Shown in pieces: positions 38,181 to 51,900 of a stretch of 64,000 nucleotides of DNA; position 1 is the stretch's first letter, and each line of letters starts with the position of its first letter. Position numbers and translations under genes: made by a program. Below the pieces are notes generated by a model. That model saw nothing but the letters and a program-made list of their open reading frames with translations. It ran no database searches and was not told where the DNA came from. The stretch is taken from assembly GCA_964247055.1 (NCBI GenBank), contig OZ176053.1:4774001-4838000 (forward strand), given 5' to 3'. This DNA comes from Paragordius varius. Its lineage: Eukaryota; Animalia; Nematomorpha.

Positions 38181-39955
38181 ATTATTGTTATTATATATGT
38201 TTACACTCTTGAGAGCGGTCCATTTTTACAACCTGTCTCGCCATAGAACTCTATCTATGGCGGCTTTTAGCTCATATTCTGCAAGTTCTCAATGTGTCTA
38301 TCCATCTCGTATTAGGCCGCCCACGTCCTCATTTTCCTTCAACTATATGACTCTATTTTTACAATATAATTAGAATATCTCCTTTTAATGTGCCAAAACA
38401 ACGTAGCCTATTTTTTGACATTTTTTTCAATATTGGTTTAACATCTGTGCTCCCGCGAATAAATCTATTCTTGACTTTGTCTTTTCTTGTTACCCCACAC
38501 ATCATTATCATTTTCATTTCCGTGACGTTAAAATGTCTTTCTTTGGATTTTTTGACGCCCCACGTCTGTGAATTGTACATCATTGTGAACAACTGAACTG
38601 TATATCTTACCTTTCACTCTAACATCAATATTTCTATCACATAACACGCTTGTAATGTTCTCATTTACCCAACTGCTCTTTATTCTAAAATTAATATCGT
38701 CCGTAACGATTTATCTAAACTTAACATTCAAATATTTGCACCTTTCTTTACCCTTAAGAACGCAACTATCATCAACTTCCATTCTCGTCCATACAAATTA
38801 TAAACAATAAGGGGCTGAGTGATGAGCCTTGGTCGCCATGCTTTATTGAAAAGGGCACTAATAATCCTTGAGGAGTTTTAATCCTGGTTGTGGGAATCGT
38901 ACATTATTTTTAACAACTTAATATAATTTTCTGCATTTTTACGACGGAAACTCAACCAAATATCTAGGAATCCTGTCAAACGCCTTCTATGTCAATTAAA
39001 ACCCCGTGTAATTCTTTGTTTTTTTAAAGTGTTTTTCAATCAACCTCCTAACCGCTTTTATAGGGTCTATTGTTAACTTTCCTGGCATAAAACCAAATTG
39101 ATTTCCTTCCATAGATATCATTTTCCTGATTCGTTTTTCAATAATTTTTTACAATTTCATTGTGTAAGACATTAGTTTTATCCCTCTATAATTACTACAC
39201 TCATTTATATCACCTTTTACTTTAAATAAAGGCACAGTTAAACTTTCTTTCCATTCAACCAGGATTTCATAAGTTGTAAAAAATTTATTAAAAACAGTGT
39301 CCAAGAAATTTAGCCCAACGTTTCTAAGCACTTTACAACAATTCATATTTATGTCGTCCGATCCTACAGCCTTTGGCATTTTAACAAATTGGATTCTACG
39401 TCCTTTTCTGTAATTGCTTCTATTTGTATATCAGTAGCTTCAACTGTGTTTGATAAAAATATCTCGCCTACCCCTTCATGTAAACTCACAGTACTCTTTC
39501 CATCTTTTTCATATTTCTACATTTTCGCACAGCAAGTTTCCATCTTTTCCTGATATTGCAGTCGCATAACCTGGTAAATCCATCCTGCGTTTATTCGTTT
39601 GCTGCGCAATTTATACACCTTGTTTAAACCTTGATTACTATTAAATCATCAAAAAATTACATTTTTTTTCTTAACCGAACCGACTAATTTTTTCAATTCC
39701 TTATTTAAACTTCTATACTTATCTCTATCAACAACCTTCCTTGTGTGTCTCCATTTGTCAAAAGTCTTACCCTTTTCTCGTGATATCAATATTATCTTTT
39801 AATGGTAAAACCAAGCCTCTCTGCATACTTGAGATTTGCCACCTTTTAATCAAAAACTAGAGTTCCTGTCTTTATGATTAACTGGCTGACTTTATTCCAT
39901 TCACCATTTAAACCACCATCCTCGAACAGTATTTCTTTTATAAAAAAAGCATGCT
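38180..39955 (-). mobile_element. Decayed RTE (BovB-like) LINE inserted in the satellite edge
   Basis: PKAVGSDDI..EWKESLTVPLFKVKGDINECSNYRGIKLMS (39149-39379), DQGSSLSPLLFI (~38800-38835) and YNSQTWGVKK..EMKM..MCGVTRKDK..NRFIRG (38359-38592). AAT-rich tail at ~38180-38195. Confidence 0.8.
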
Positions 39956-39967
39956 TTTTTCAGATAA

Positions 39968-42900
39968 TTTATTGCATGAGTAATATTTTGTTATTGTGTA
40001 AGAGTTATGGTTGAATGTTAAAACGTTGTGGATGATTGTTGGAAATATTGTTATTGCATTTATTTTGTAAGAGTTATAGTTGAATGTTAAAATGTTATGG
40101 ATGATTGTTGAAAATACTGTTATTGCATGGGTAATATTTTGTGATTGTGTAAGAGTATTGGTTAAATGTTAAAATGTTATGGATGATTGTTGGAAATACT
40201 GTTATTGCATGGGTAATATTTTGTGATTGTGTAAGAGTTATGGTTGAATGTTAAAATGTTATGGATGATTGGTGTGAAATACTGTTATTGCATGGGTAAT
40301 ATTTTGTGAGTGTGTAAGAGTTATGGTTGAATGTTATAATGTTATGGATGATTGGTGCGAAATACTGTTATTGCATGGGTAATATTTTGTGAGTCTGTAA
40401 GAGTTATGGTTGAATGTTAAAATGTTATGGATGATTGTTGTAAATACTGTTATTGCATGGGTAATATTTTGTGATTGTGTAAGAGTTATGGTTGAATGTT
40501 ATAATGTTATGGATGATTGTTGTGAAATAGTGTTATTGCATGGGTAATATTTTGTGATTGTGTAAGAGTTATGGTTCAATGTTTTAATGTTATGGATGAT
40601 TGTTGTGAAATACTGTTATTGCATGGGTAATATTTTGTGATTAGGTAAGAGTTATGGTTGAATGTTATAATATTATGGATGATTGTTGTGAAATACTGTT
40701 ATTGCATGGGTAATATTTTGTGATTAGGTAAGAGTTATGGTTGAATGTTATAATATTATGGATGATTGGTGCGAAATACTGTTATTGCATGGGTAATATT
40801 TTGTGAGTGTGTAAGAGTTATGGTTGAATGTTAAAATGTTATGAATGATTGTTGAATACTGTTATTGCATGGGTAATATTTTGTGAATCTGTAAAGAGTT
40901 ATGGTTTAATGTTAAAATGTTATGAATGATTGTTGAATACTGTTATTGCATGGGTAATATTTTGTGAGTGTGTAAGAGTTATGGTTGAATGTTATAATGT
41001 TATGGATGATTGGTGCGAAATACTGTTATTGCAATATTTTGTGATTGTGTAAGAGTTATGGTTGAATGTTAAAATGTTATGGATGATTGGTGTGAAATAC
41101 TGTTATTGCATGGGTAATATTTTGTGAGTGTGTAAGAGTTATGGTTGAATGTTAAAATGTTATGAATGATTGTTGAATACTGTTATTGCATGGGTAATAT
41201 TTTGTGAATCTGTAAAGAGTTATGGTTTAATGTTAAAATGTTATGAATGATTGTTGAATACTGTTATTGCATGGGTAATATTTTGTGAGTGTGTAAGAGT
41301 TATGGTTGAATGTTATAATGTTATGGATGATTGGTGCGAAATACTGTTATTGCAATATTTTGTGATTGTGTAAGAGTTATGGTTGAATGTTAAAATGTTA
41401 TGGATGATTGGTGTGAAATACTGTTATTGCATGGGTAATATTTTGTGAGTGTGTAAGAGTTATGGTTGAATGTTATAATGTTATGGATGATTGGTGCGAA
41501 ATACTGTTATTGCATGGGTAATATTTTGTGAGTCTGTAAGAGTTATGGTTGAATGTTAAAATGTTATGGATGATTGTTGTAAATACTGTTATTGCATGGG
41601 TAATATTTTGTGATTGTGTAAGAGTTATGGTTGAATGTTATAATGTTATGGATGATTGTTGTGAAATAGTGTTATTGCATGGGTAATATTTTGTGATTGT
41701 GTAAGAGTTATGGTTCAATGTTTTAATGTTATGGATGATTGTTGTGAAATACTGTTATTGCATGGGTAATATTTTGTGATTAGGTAAGAGTTATGGTTGA
41801 ATGTTATAATATTATGGATGATTGGTGCGAAATACTGTTATTGCATGGGTAATATTTTGTGAGTGTGTAAGAGTTATGGTTGAATGTTAAAATGTTATGA
41901 ATGATTGTTGAATACTGTTATTGCATGGGTAATATTTTGTGAATCTGTAAAGAGTTATGGTTTAATGTTAAAATGTTATGAATGATTGTTGAATACTGTT
42001 ATTGCATGGGTAATATTTTGTGAGTGTGTAAGAGTTATGGTTGAATGTTATAATGTTATGGATGATTGGTGCGAAATACTGTTATTGCAATATTTTGTGA
42101 TTGTGTAAGAGTTATGGTTGAATGTTAAAATGTTATGGATGATTGGTGTGAAATACTGTTATTGCATGGGTAATATTTTGTGAGTCTGTAAGAGTTATGG
42201 TTGAATGTTAAAATGTTATGAATGATTGTTGAATACTGTTATTGCATGGGTAATATTTTGTGAATCTGTAAAGAGTTATGGTTTAATGTTAAAATGTTAT
42301 GAATGATTGTTGAATACTGTTATTGCATGGGTAATATTTTGTGAGTCTGTAAGAGTTATGGTTGAATGTTATAATGTTATGGATGATTGTTGTGAAATAG
42401 TGTTATTGCATGGGTAATATTTTGTGATTGTGTAAGAGTTATGGTTCAATGTTTTAATGTTATGGATGATTGTTGTGAAATACTGTTATTGCATGGGTAA
42501 TATTTTGTGATTAGGTAAGAGTTATGGTTGAATGTTAAAATGTTATGCATGATTGTTGTGAAATACTGTTATTGCATGGGTAATATTTTGTGATTGTGTA
42601 AGAGTAATAGTTGAGTGTTAAAATGTTATGGATGATTGTTGGAAATAAGGTTATTGCATGGGTAATATTTTGTGATTGTGTAAGAGTTATGGTTGAATGT
42701 TAAAATGTTATGGATGATTGTTGGAAAACTGTTATTGAATGGGTAATATTTTGTGATTGTGTAAGAGTAATGGTTAAAATGTTATGGATGATTGTTGGAA
42801 ATACTGTTATTGCATGGGTAATATTTTGTGATTGTGTAAGAGTTATGGTTCAATGTTTTAATGTTATGGATGATTGTTGTGAAATACTGTTATTGCATGG

Positions 42901-45900
42901 GTAATATTTTGTGATTGTGTAAGAGTTATGGTTGAATGTTTTAATGTTATGGATGATTGTTGAATACTGTTATTGCATGGGTAATATTTTGTGATTAGGT
43001 AAGAGTTATGGTTGAATGTTAAAATGTTATGGATGATTGTTGTGAAATACTGTTATTGCATGGGTAATATTTTGTGATTGTGTAAGAGTTATGGTTCAAT
43101 GTTTTAATGTTATGGATGATTGTTGTGAAATACTGTTATTGCATGGGTAATATTTTGTGATTAGGTAAGAGTTATGATTGAATGTTAAAATGTTATGCAT
43201 GATTGTTGGAAATACTGTTATTGCATGGGTAATATTTTGTGATTGTGTAAGAGTAATAGTTGAGTAATGTTATGGATGATTGTTGGAAATACTGTTATTA
43301 GTAATATTTTGTGATTGTGTAAGAGTAATGGTTAAATGTTAAAATGTTATGGATGATTGTTGGAAATACTGTTATTGCATGGGTAATATTTTGTGATTGT
43401 GTAAGAGTAATAGTTGAGTAATGTTATGGATGATTGTTGGAAATACTGTTATTAGTAATATTTTGTGATTGTGTAAGAGTAATGGTTAAATGTTAAAATG
43501 TTATGGAGGATTGTTGGAAATACTGTTATTGCATGGGTAATATTTTGTGATTGTGTAAGAGTAATAGTTGAGTGTTAAAATGTTATGGATGATTGTTGGA
43601 AATACTGTTATTGAATGGGTAATATTTTGTGATTGTGTAAGAGTTATGGTTGAATGTTAAAATGTTATGGATGATTGTTGGAAATACTGTTATTGCATGG
43701 GTAATATTTTGTGATTGTGTAAGAGTAATAGTTGAATGTTAAAATGTTATGGATGATTGGTGTGAAATACTGTTATTGCGTGGGTAATATTTTGTGAGTG
43801 TGTAAGAGTTATGGTTGAATGTTAAAATGTTATGAATGATTGTTGAATACTGTTATTGCATGGGTAATATTTTGTGAATCTGTAAAGAGTTATGGTTTAA
43901 TGTTAAAATGTTATGAATGATTGTTGAATACTGTTATTGCATGGGTAATATTTTGTGAGTGTGTAAGAGTTATGGTTGAATGTTATAATGTTATGGATGA
44001 TTGGTGCGAAATACTGTTATTGCATGGGTAATATTTTGTGAGTGTGTAAGAGTTATGGTTGAATGTTAAAATGTTATGAATGATTGTTGAATACTGTTAT
44101 TGCATGGGTAATATTTTGTGAATCTGTAAAGAGTTATGGTTTAATGTTAAAATGTTATGAATGATTGTTGAATACTGTTATTGCATGGGTAATATTTTGT
44201 GAGTGTGTAAGAGTTATGGTTGAATGTTAAAATGTTATGGATGATTGGTGCGAAATACTGTTATTGCATGGGTAATATTTTGTGAGTCTGTAAGAGTTAT
44301 GGTTGAATGTTAAAATGTTATAAATGATTGTTGAATACTGTTATTGCATGGGTAATATTTTGTGAATCTGTAAAGAGTTATGGTTTAATGTTAAAATGTT
44401 ATGAATGATTGTTGAATACTGTTATTGCATGGGTAATATTTTGTGAGTGTGTAAGAGTTATGGTTGAATGTTATAATGTTATGGATGATTGGTGCGAAAT
44501 ACTGTTATTGCAATATTTTGTGATTGTGTAAGAGTTATGGTTGAATGTTAAAATGTTATGGATGATTGGTGTGAAATACTGTTATTGCATGGGTAATATT
44601 TTGTGAGTGTGTAAGAGTTATGGTTGAATGTTATAATGTTATGGATGATTGGTGCGAAATACTGTTATTGCATGGGTAATATTTTGTGAGTCTGTAAGAG
44701 TTATGGTTGAATGTTAAAATGTTATGGATGATTGTTGTAAATACTGTTATTGCATGGGTAATATTTTGTGATTGTGTAAGAGTTATGGTTGAATGTTATA
44801 ATGTTATGGATGATTGTTGTGAAATAGTGTTATTGCATGGGTAATATTTTGTGATTGTGTAAGAGTTATGGTTCAATGTTTTAATGTTATGGATGATTGT
44901 TGTGAAATACTGTTATTGCATGGGTAATATTTTGTGATTAGGTAAGAGTTATGGTTGAATGTTAAAATGTTATGCATGATTGTTGTGAAATACTGTTATT
45001 GCATGGGTAATATTTTGTGATTGTGTAAGAGTAATAGTTGAGTGTTAAAATGTTATGGATGATTGTTGGAAATAAGGTTATTGCATGGGTAATATTTTGT
45101 GATTGTGTAAGAGTTATGGTTGAATGTTAAAATGTTATGGATGATTGTTGGAAAACTGTTATTGCATGGGTAATATTTTGTGATTGTGTAAGAGTTATGG
45201 TTGAATGTTAAAATGTTATGGATGATTGTTGGAAATAAGGTTATTGCATGGGTAATATTTTGTGATTGTGTAAGAGTTATGGTTGAATGTTATAATGTTA
45301 TGGATGATTGGTGCGAAATACTGTTATTGCATGGGTAATATTTTGTGATTGTGTAAGAGTTATGGTTGAATGTTAAAATGTTATGGATGATTGGTGTGAA
45401 ATACTGTTATTGCATGGGTAATATTTTGTGAGTGTGTAAGAGTTATGGTTCAATGTTTTAATGTTATGGATGATTGTTGTGAAATACTGTTATTGCATGG
45501 TTAATATTTTGTGATTGTGTAAGAGTAATAGTTGAGTGTTAAAATGTTATGGATGATTGTTGGAAATAAGGTTATTGCATGGGTAATATTTTGTGATTGT
45601 GTAAGAGTTATGGTTGAATGTTAAAATGTTATGGATGATTGTTGTGAAATACTGTTATTGCATGGGTAATATTTTGTGATTGTGTAAGAGTTATGGTTCA
45701 ATGTTTTAATGTTATGGATGATTGTTGTGAAATACTGTTATTGCATGGTTAATATTTTGTGATTGTGTAAGAGTAATAGTTGAGTGTTAAAATGTTATGG
45801 ATGATTGTTGGAAATAAGGTTATTGCATGGGTAATATTTTGTGATTGTGTAAGAGTTATGGTTGAATGTTAAAATGTTATGGATGATTGGTGTGAAATAC

Positions 45901-48900
45901 TGTTATTGCATGGGTAATATTTTGTGAGTGTGTAAGAGTTATGGTTGAATGTTAAAATGTTATGAATGATTGTTGAATACTGTTATTGCATGGGTAATAT
46001 TTTGTGAATCTGTAAAGAGTTATGGTTTAATGTTAAAATGTTATGAATGATTGTTGAATACTGTTATTGCATGGGTAATATTTTGTGAGTGTGTAAGAGT
46101 TATGGTTGAATGTTATAATGTTATGGATGATTGGTGCGAAATACTGTTATTGCATGGGTAATATTTTGTGAGTGTGTAAGAGTTATGGTTGAATGTTAAA
46201 ATGTTATGAATGATTGTTGAATACTGTTATTGCATGGGTAATATTTTGTGAATCTGTAAAGAGTTATGGTTTAATGTTAAAATGTTATGAATGATTGTTG
46301 AATACTGTTATTGCATGGATAATATTTTGTGAGTGTGTAAGAGTTATGGTTGAATGTTATAATATTATGGATGATTGGTGCGAAATACTGTTATTGCATG
46401 GGTAATATTTTGTGAGTGTGTAAGAGTTATGGTTGAATGTTAAAATGTTATGAATGATTGTTGAATACTGTTATTGCATGGGTAATATTTTGTGAATCTG
46501 TAAAGAGTTATGGTTTAATGTTAAAATGTTATGAATGATTGTTGAATACTGTTATTGCATGGGTAATATTTTGTGAGTGTGTAAGAGTTATGGTTGAATG
46601 TTAAAATGTTATGGATGATTGGTGCGAAATACTGTTATTGCATGGGTAATATTTTGTGAGTCTGTAAGAGTTATGGTTGAATGTTAAAATGTTATGAATG
46701 ATTGTTGAATACTGTTATTGCATGGGTAATATTTTGTGAATCTGTAAAGAGTTAGGTTTAACGTTAAAATGTTATGAATGATTGTTGAATACTGTTATTG
46801 CATGGGTAATATTTTGTGAGTGTGTAAGAGTTATGGTTGAATGTTATAATGTTATGGATGATTGGTGCGAAATACTGTTATTGCAATATTTTGTGATTGT
46901 GTAAGAGTTATGGTTGAATGTTAAAATGTTATGGATGATTGGTGTGAAATACTGTTATTGCATGGGTAATATTTTGTGAGTGTGTAAGAGTTATGGTTGA
47001 ATGTTATAATGTTATGGATGATTGGTGCGAAATACTGTTATTGCATGGGTAATATTTTGTGAGTCTGTAAGAGTTATGGTTGAATGTTAAAATGTTATGG
47101 ATGATTGTTGTAAATACTGTTATTGCATGGGTAATATTTTGTGATTGTGTAAGAGTTATGGTTGAATGTTATAATGTTATGGATGATTGTTGTGAAATAG
47201 TGTTATTGCATGGGTAATATTTTGTGATTGTGTAAGAGTTATGGTTCAATGTTTTAATGTTATGGATGATTGTTGTGAAATACTGTTATTGCATGGGTAA
47301 TATTTTGTGATTAGGTAAGAGTTATGGTTGAATGTTAAAATGTTATGCATGATTGTTGTGAAATACTGTTATTGCATGGGTAATATTTTGTGATTGTGTA
47401 AGAGTAATAGTTGAGTGTTAAAATCTTATGGATGATTGTTGGAAATAAGGTTATTGCATGGGTAATATTTTGTGATTGTGTAAGAGTTATGGTTCAATGT
47501 TTTAATGTTATGGATGATTGTTGTGAAATACTGTTATTGCATGGGTAATATTTTGTGATTAGGTAAGAGTTATGGTTGAATGTTAAAATGTTATGCATGA
47601 TTGTTGTGAAATACTGTTATTGCATGGGTAATATTTTGTGATTGTGTAAGAGTAATAGTTGAGTGTTAAAATCTTATGGACGATTGTTGGAAAACTGTTA
47701 TTGAATGGGTAATATTTTGTGATTGTGTAAGAGTAATGGTTAAAATGTTATGGATGATTGTTGGAAATACTGTTATTGCATGGGTAATATTTTGTGAGTG
47801 TGTAAGAGTTATGGTTGAATGTTATAATGTTATGGATGATTGGTGCGAAATACTGTTATTGCAATATTTTGTGATTGTGTAAGAGTTATGGTTGAATGTT
47901 AAAATGTTATGGATGATTGGTGTGAAATACTGTTATTGCATGGGTAATATTTTGTGAGTGTGTAAGAGTTATGGTTGAATGTTATAATGTTATGGATGAT
48001 TGTTGTGAAATACTGTTATTGCATGGGTAATATTTTGTGATTAGGTAAGAGTTATGGTTGAATGTTAAAATGTTATGGATGATTGTTGTAAATACTGTTA
48101 TTGCATGGGTAATATTTTGTGATTGTGTAAGAGTTATGGTTGAATGTTATAATGTTATGGATGATTGTTGTGAAATAGTGTTATTGCATGGGTAATATTT
48201 TGTGATTGTGTAAGAGTTATGGTTCAATGTTTTAATGTTATGGATGATTGTTGTGAAATACTGTTATTGCATGGGTAATATTTTGTGATTAGGTAAGAGT
48301 TATGGTTGAATGTTAAAATGTTATGCATGATTGTTGTGAAATACTGTTATTGCATGGGTAATATTTTGTGATTGTGTAAGAGTAATAGTTGAGTGTTAAA
48401 ATCTTATGGATGATTGTTGGAAATAAGGTTATTGCATGGGTAATATTTTGTGATTGTGTAAGAGTTATGGTTCAATGTTTTAATGTTATGGATGATTGTT
48501 GTGAAATACTGTTATTGCATGGGTAATATTTTGTGATTGTGTAAGAGTTATGGTTGAATGTTTTAATGTTATGGATGATTGTTGAATACTGTTATTGCAT
48601 GGGTAATATTTTGTGATTAGGTAAGAGTTATGGTTGAATGTTAAAATGTTATGGATGATTGTTGTGAAATACTGTTATTGCATGGGTAATATTTTGTGAT
48701 TGTGTAAGAGTTATGGTTCAATGTTTTAATGTTATGGATGATTGTTGTGAAATACTGTTATTGCATGGGTAATATTTTGTGATTAGGTAAGAGTTATGGT
48801 TGAATGTTAAAATGTTATGCATGATTGTTGGAAATACTGTTATTGCATGGGTAATATTTTGTGATTGTGTAAGAGTTATGGTTGAATGTTAAAATGTTAT

Positions 48901-51900
48901 GGATGATTGTTGTGAAATACTGTTATTGCATAGGTAATATTTTGTGATTGTGTAAGAGTTATGGTTCAATGTTTTAATGTTATGGATGATTGTTGTGAAA
49001 TACTGTTATTGCATGGGTAATATTTTGTGATTGTGTAAGAGTTATGGTTGAATGTTAAAATGTTATGGATGATTGTTGTGAAATACTGTTATTGCATAGG
49101 TAATATTTTGTGATTGTGTAAGAGTTATGGTTCAATGTTTTAATGTTATGGATGATTGTTGTGAAATACTGTTATTGCATGGGTAATATTTTGTGATTGT
49201 GTAAGAGTTATGGTTGAATGTTAAAATGTTATCGATGATTGTTGGAAATACTGTTATTGCATGGGTAATATTTTGTGATTGTGTAAGAGTTATGGTTCAA
49301 TGTTTTAATGTTATGGATGATTGTTGTGAAATACTGTTATTGCATGGGTAATATTTTGTGATTGTGTAAGAGTTATGGTTGAATGTTAAAATGTTGTGGA
49401 TGATTGTTGTGAAATACTGTTATTGCATGGGTAAAATTTTGTGATTGTGTAAGAGTTATGGTTGAATGTTAAAATGTTATGAATGATTGTTGAATACTGT
49501 TATTGCATGGGTAATATTTTGTGAATCTGTAAAGAGTTATGGTTTAATGTTAAAATGTTATGGATGATTGTTGTAAATACTGTTATTGCATGGGTAATAT
49601 TTTGTGATTGTGTAAGAGTTATGGTTGAATGTTATAATTTTATGGATGATTGTTGTGAAATAGTGTTATTGCATGGGTAATATTTTGTGATTGTGTAAGA
49701 GTTATGGTTCAATGTTTTAATGTTATGGATGATTGGTGCGAAATACTGTTATTGCATGGGTAATATTTTGTGAGTGTGTAAGAGTTATGGTTGAATGTTA
49801 AAATGTTATGAATGATTGTTGAATACTGTTATTGCATGGGTAATATTTTGTGAATCTGTAAAGAGTTATGGTTTAATGTTAAAATGTTATGAATGATTGT
49901 TGAATACTGTTATTGCATGGGTAATATTTTGTGAGTGTGTAAGAGTTATGGTTGAATGTTATAATATTATGGATGATTGGTGCGAAATACTGTTATTGCA
50001 TGGGTAATATTTTGTGAGTGTGTTAGAGTTATGGTTGAATGTTAAAATGTTATGAATGATTGTTGAATACTGTTATTGCATGGGTAATATTTTGTGAATC
50101 TGTAAAGAGTTATGGTTTAATGTTAAAATGTTATGAATGATTGTTGAATACTGTTATTGCATGGGTAATATTTTGTGAGTGTGTAAGAGTTATGGTTGAA
50201 TGTTATAATGTTATGGATGATTGGTGCGAAATACTGTTATTGCAATATTTTGTGATTGTGTAAGAGTTATGGTTGAATGTTAAAATGTTATGGATGATTG
50301 GTGTGAAATACTGTTATTGCATGGGTAATATTTTGTGAGTCTGTAAGAGTTATGGTTGAATGTTAAAATGTTATGGATGATTGTTGTAAATACTGTTATT
50401 GCATGGGTAATATTTTGTGATTGTGTAAGAGTTATGGTTGAATGTTATAATGTTATGGATGATTGTTGTGAAATAGTGTTATTGCATGGGTAATATTTTG
50501 TGATTGTGTAAGAGTTATGGTTCAATGTTTTAATGTTATGGATGATTGTTGTGAAATACTGTTATTGCATGGGTAATATTTTGTGATTGTGTAAGAGTTA
50601 TGGTTGAATGTTATAATATTATGGATGATTGGTGCGAAATACTGTTATTGCATGGGTAATATTTTGTGAGTGTGTAAGAGTTATGGTTGAATGTTAAAAT
50701 GTTATGAATGATTGTTGAATACTGTTATTGCATGGGTAATATTTTGTGAGTGTGTAAGAGTTATGGTTGAATGTTATAATGTTATGGATGATTGGTGCGA
50801 AATACTGTTATTGCAATATTTTGTGATTGTGTAAGAGTTATGGTTGAATGTTAAAATGTTATGGATGATTGGTGTGAAATACTGTTATTGCATGGGTAAT
50901 ATTTTGTGAGTGTGTAAGAGTTATGGTTGAATGTTATAATGTTATGGATGATTGGTGCGAAATACTGTTATTGCATGGGTAATATTTTGTGAGTCTGTAA
51001 GAGTTATGGTTGAATGTTAAAATGTTATGGATGATTGTTGTAAATACTGTTATTGCATGGGTAATATTTTGTGATTGTGTAAGAGTTATGGTTGAATGTT
51101 ATAATGTTATGGATGATTGTTGTGAAATAGTGTTATTGCATGGGTAATATTTTGTGATTGTGTAAGAGTTATGGTTCAATGTTTTAATGTTATGGATGAT
51201 TGTTGTGAAATACTGTTATTGCATGGGTAATATTTTGTGATTAGGTAAGAGTTATGGTTGAATGTTAAAATGTTATGCATGATTGTTGTGAAATACTGTT
51301 ATTGCATGGGTAATATTTTGTGATTGTGTAAGAGTAATAGTTGAGTGTTAAAATCTTATGGATGATTGTTGGAAATAAGGTTATTGCATGGGTAATATTT
51401 TGTGATTGTGTAAGAGTTATGGTTCAATGTTTTAATGTTATGGATGATTGTTGTGAAATACTGTTATTGCATGGGTAATATTTTGTGATTAGGTAAGAGT
51501 TATGGTTGAATGTTAAAATGTTATGCATGATTGTTGTGAAATACTGTTATTGCATGGGTAATATTTTGTGATTGTGTAAGAGTAATAGTTGAGTGTTAAA
51601 ATCTTATGGACGATTGTTGGAAAACTGTTATTGAATGGGTAATATTTTGTGATTGTGTAAGAGTAATGGTTAAAATGTTATGGATGATTGTTGGAAATAC
51701 TGTTATTGCATGGGTAATATTTTGTGAGTGTGTAAGAGTTATGGTTGAATGTTATAATGTTATGGATGATTGGTGCGAAATACTGTTATTGCAATATTTT
51801 GTGATTGTGTAAGAGTTATGGTTGAATGTTAAAATGTTATGGATGATTGGTGTGAAATACTGTTATTGCATGGGTAATATTTTGTGAGTGTGTAAGAGTT

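Noticed and set aside
42710-51812. ORF-track ORFs MDDCWKTVIEW... at 42710, 47676 and 51606
   Set aside because: These are chance stop-free runs through satellite monomers; their identity reflects the higher-order repeat.
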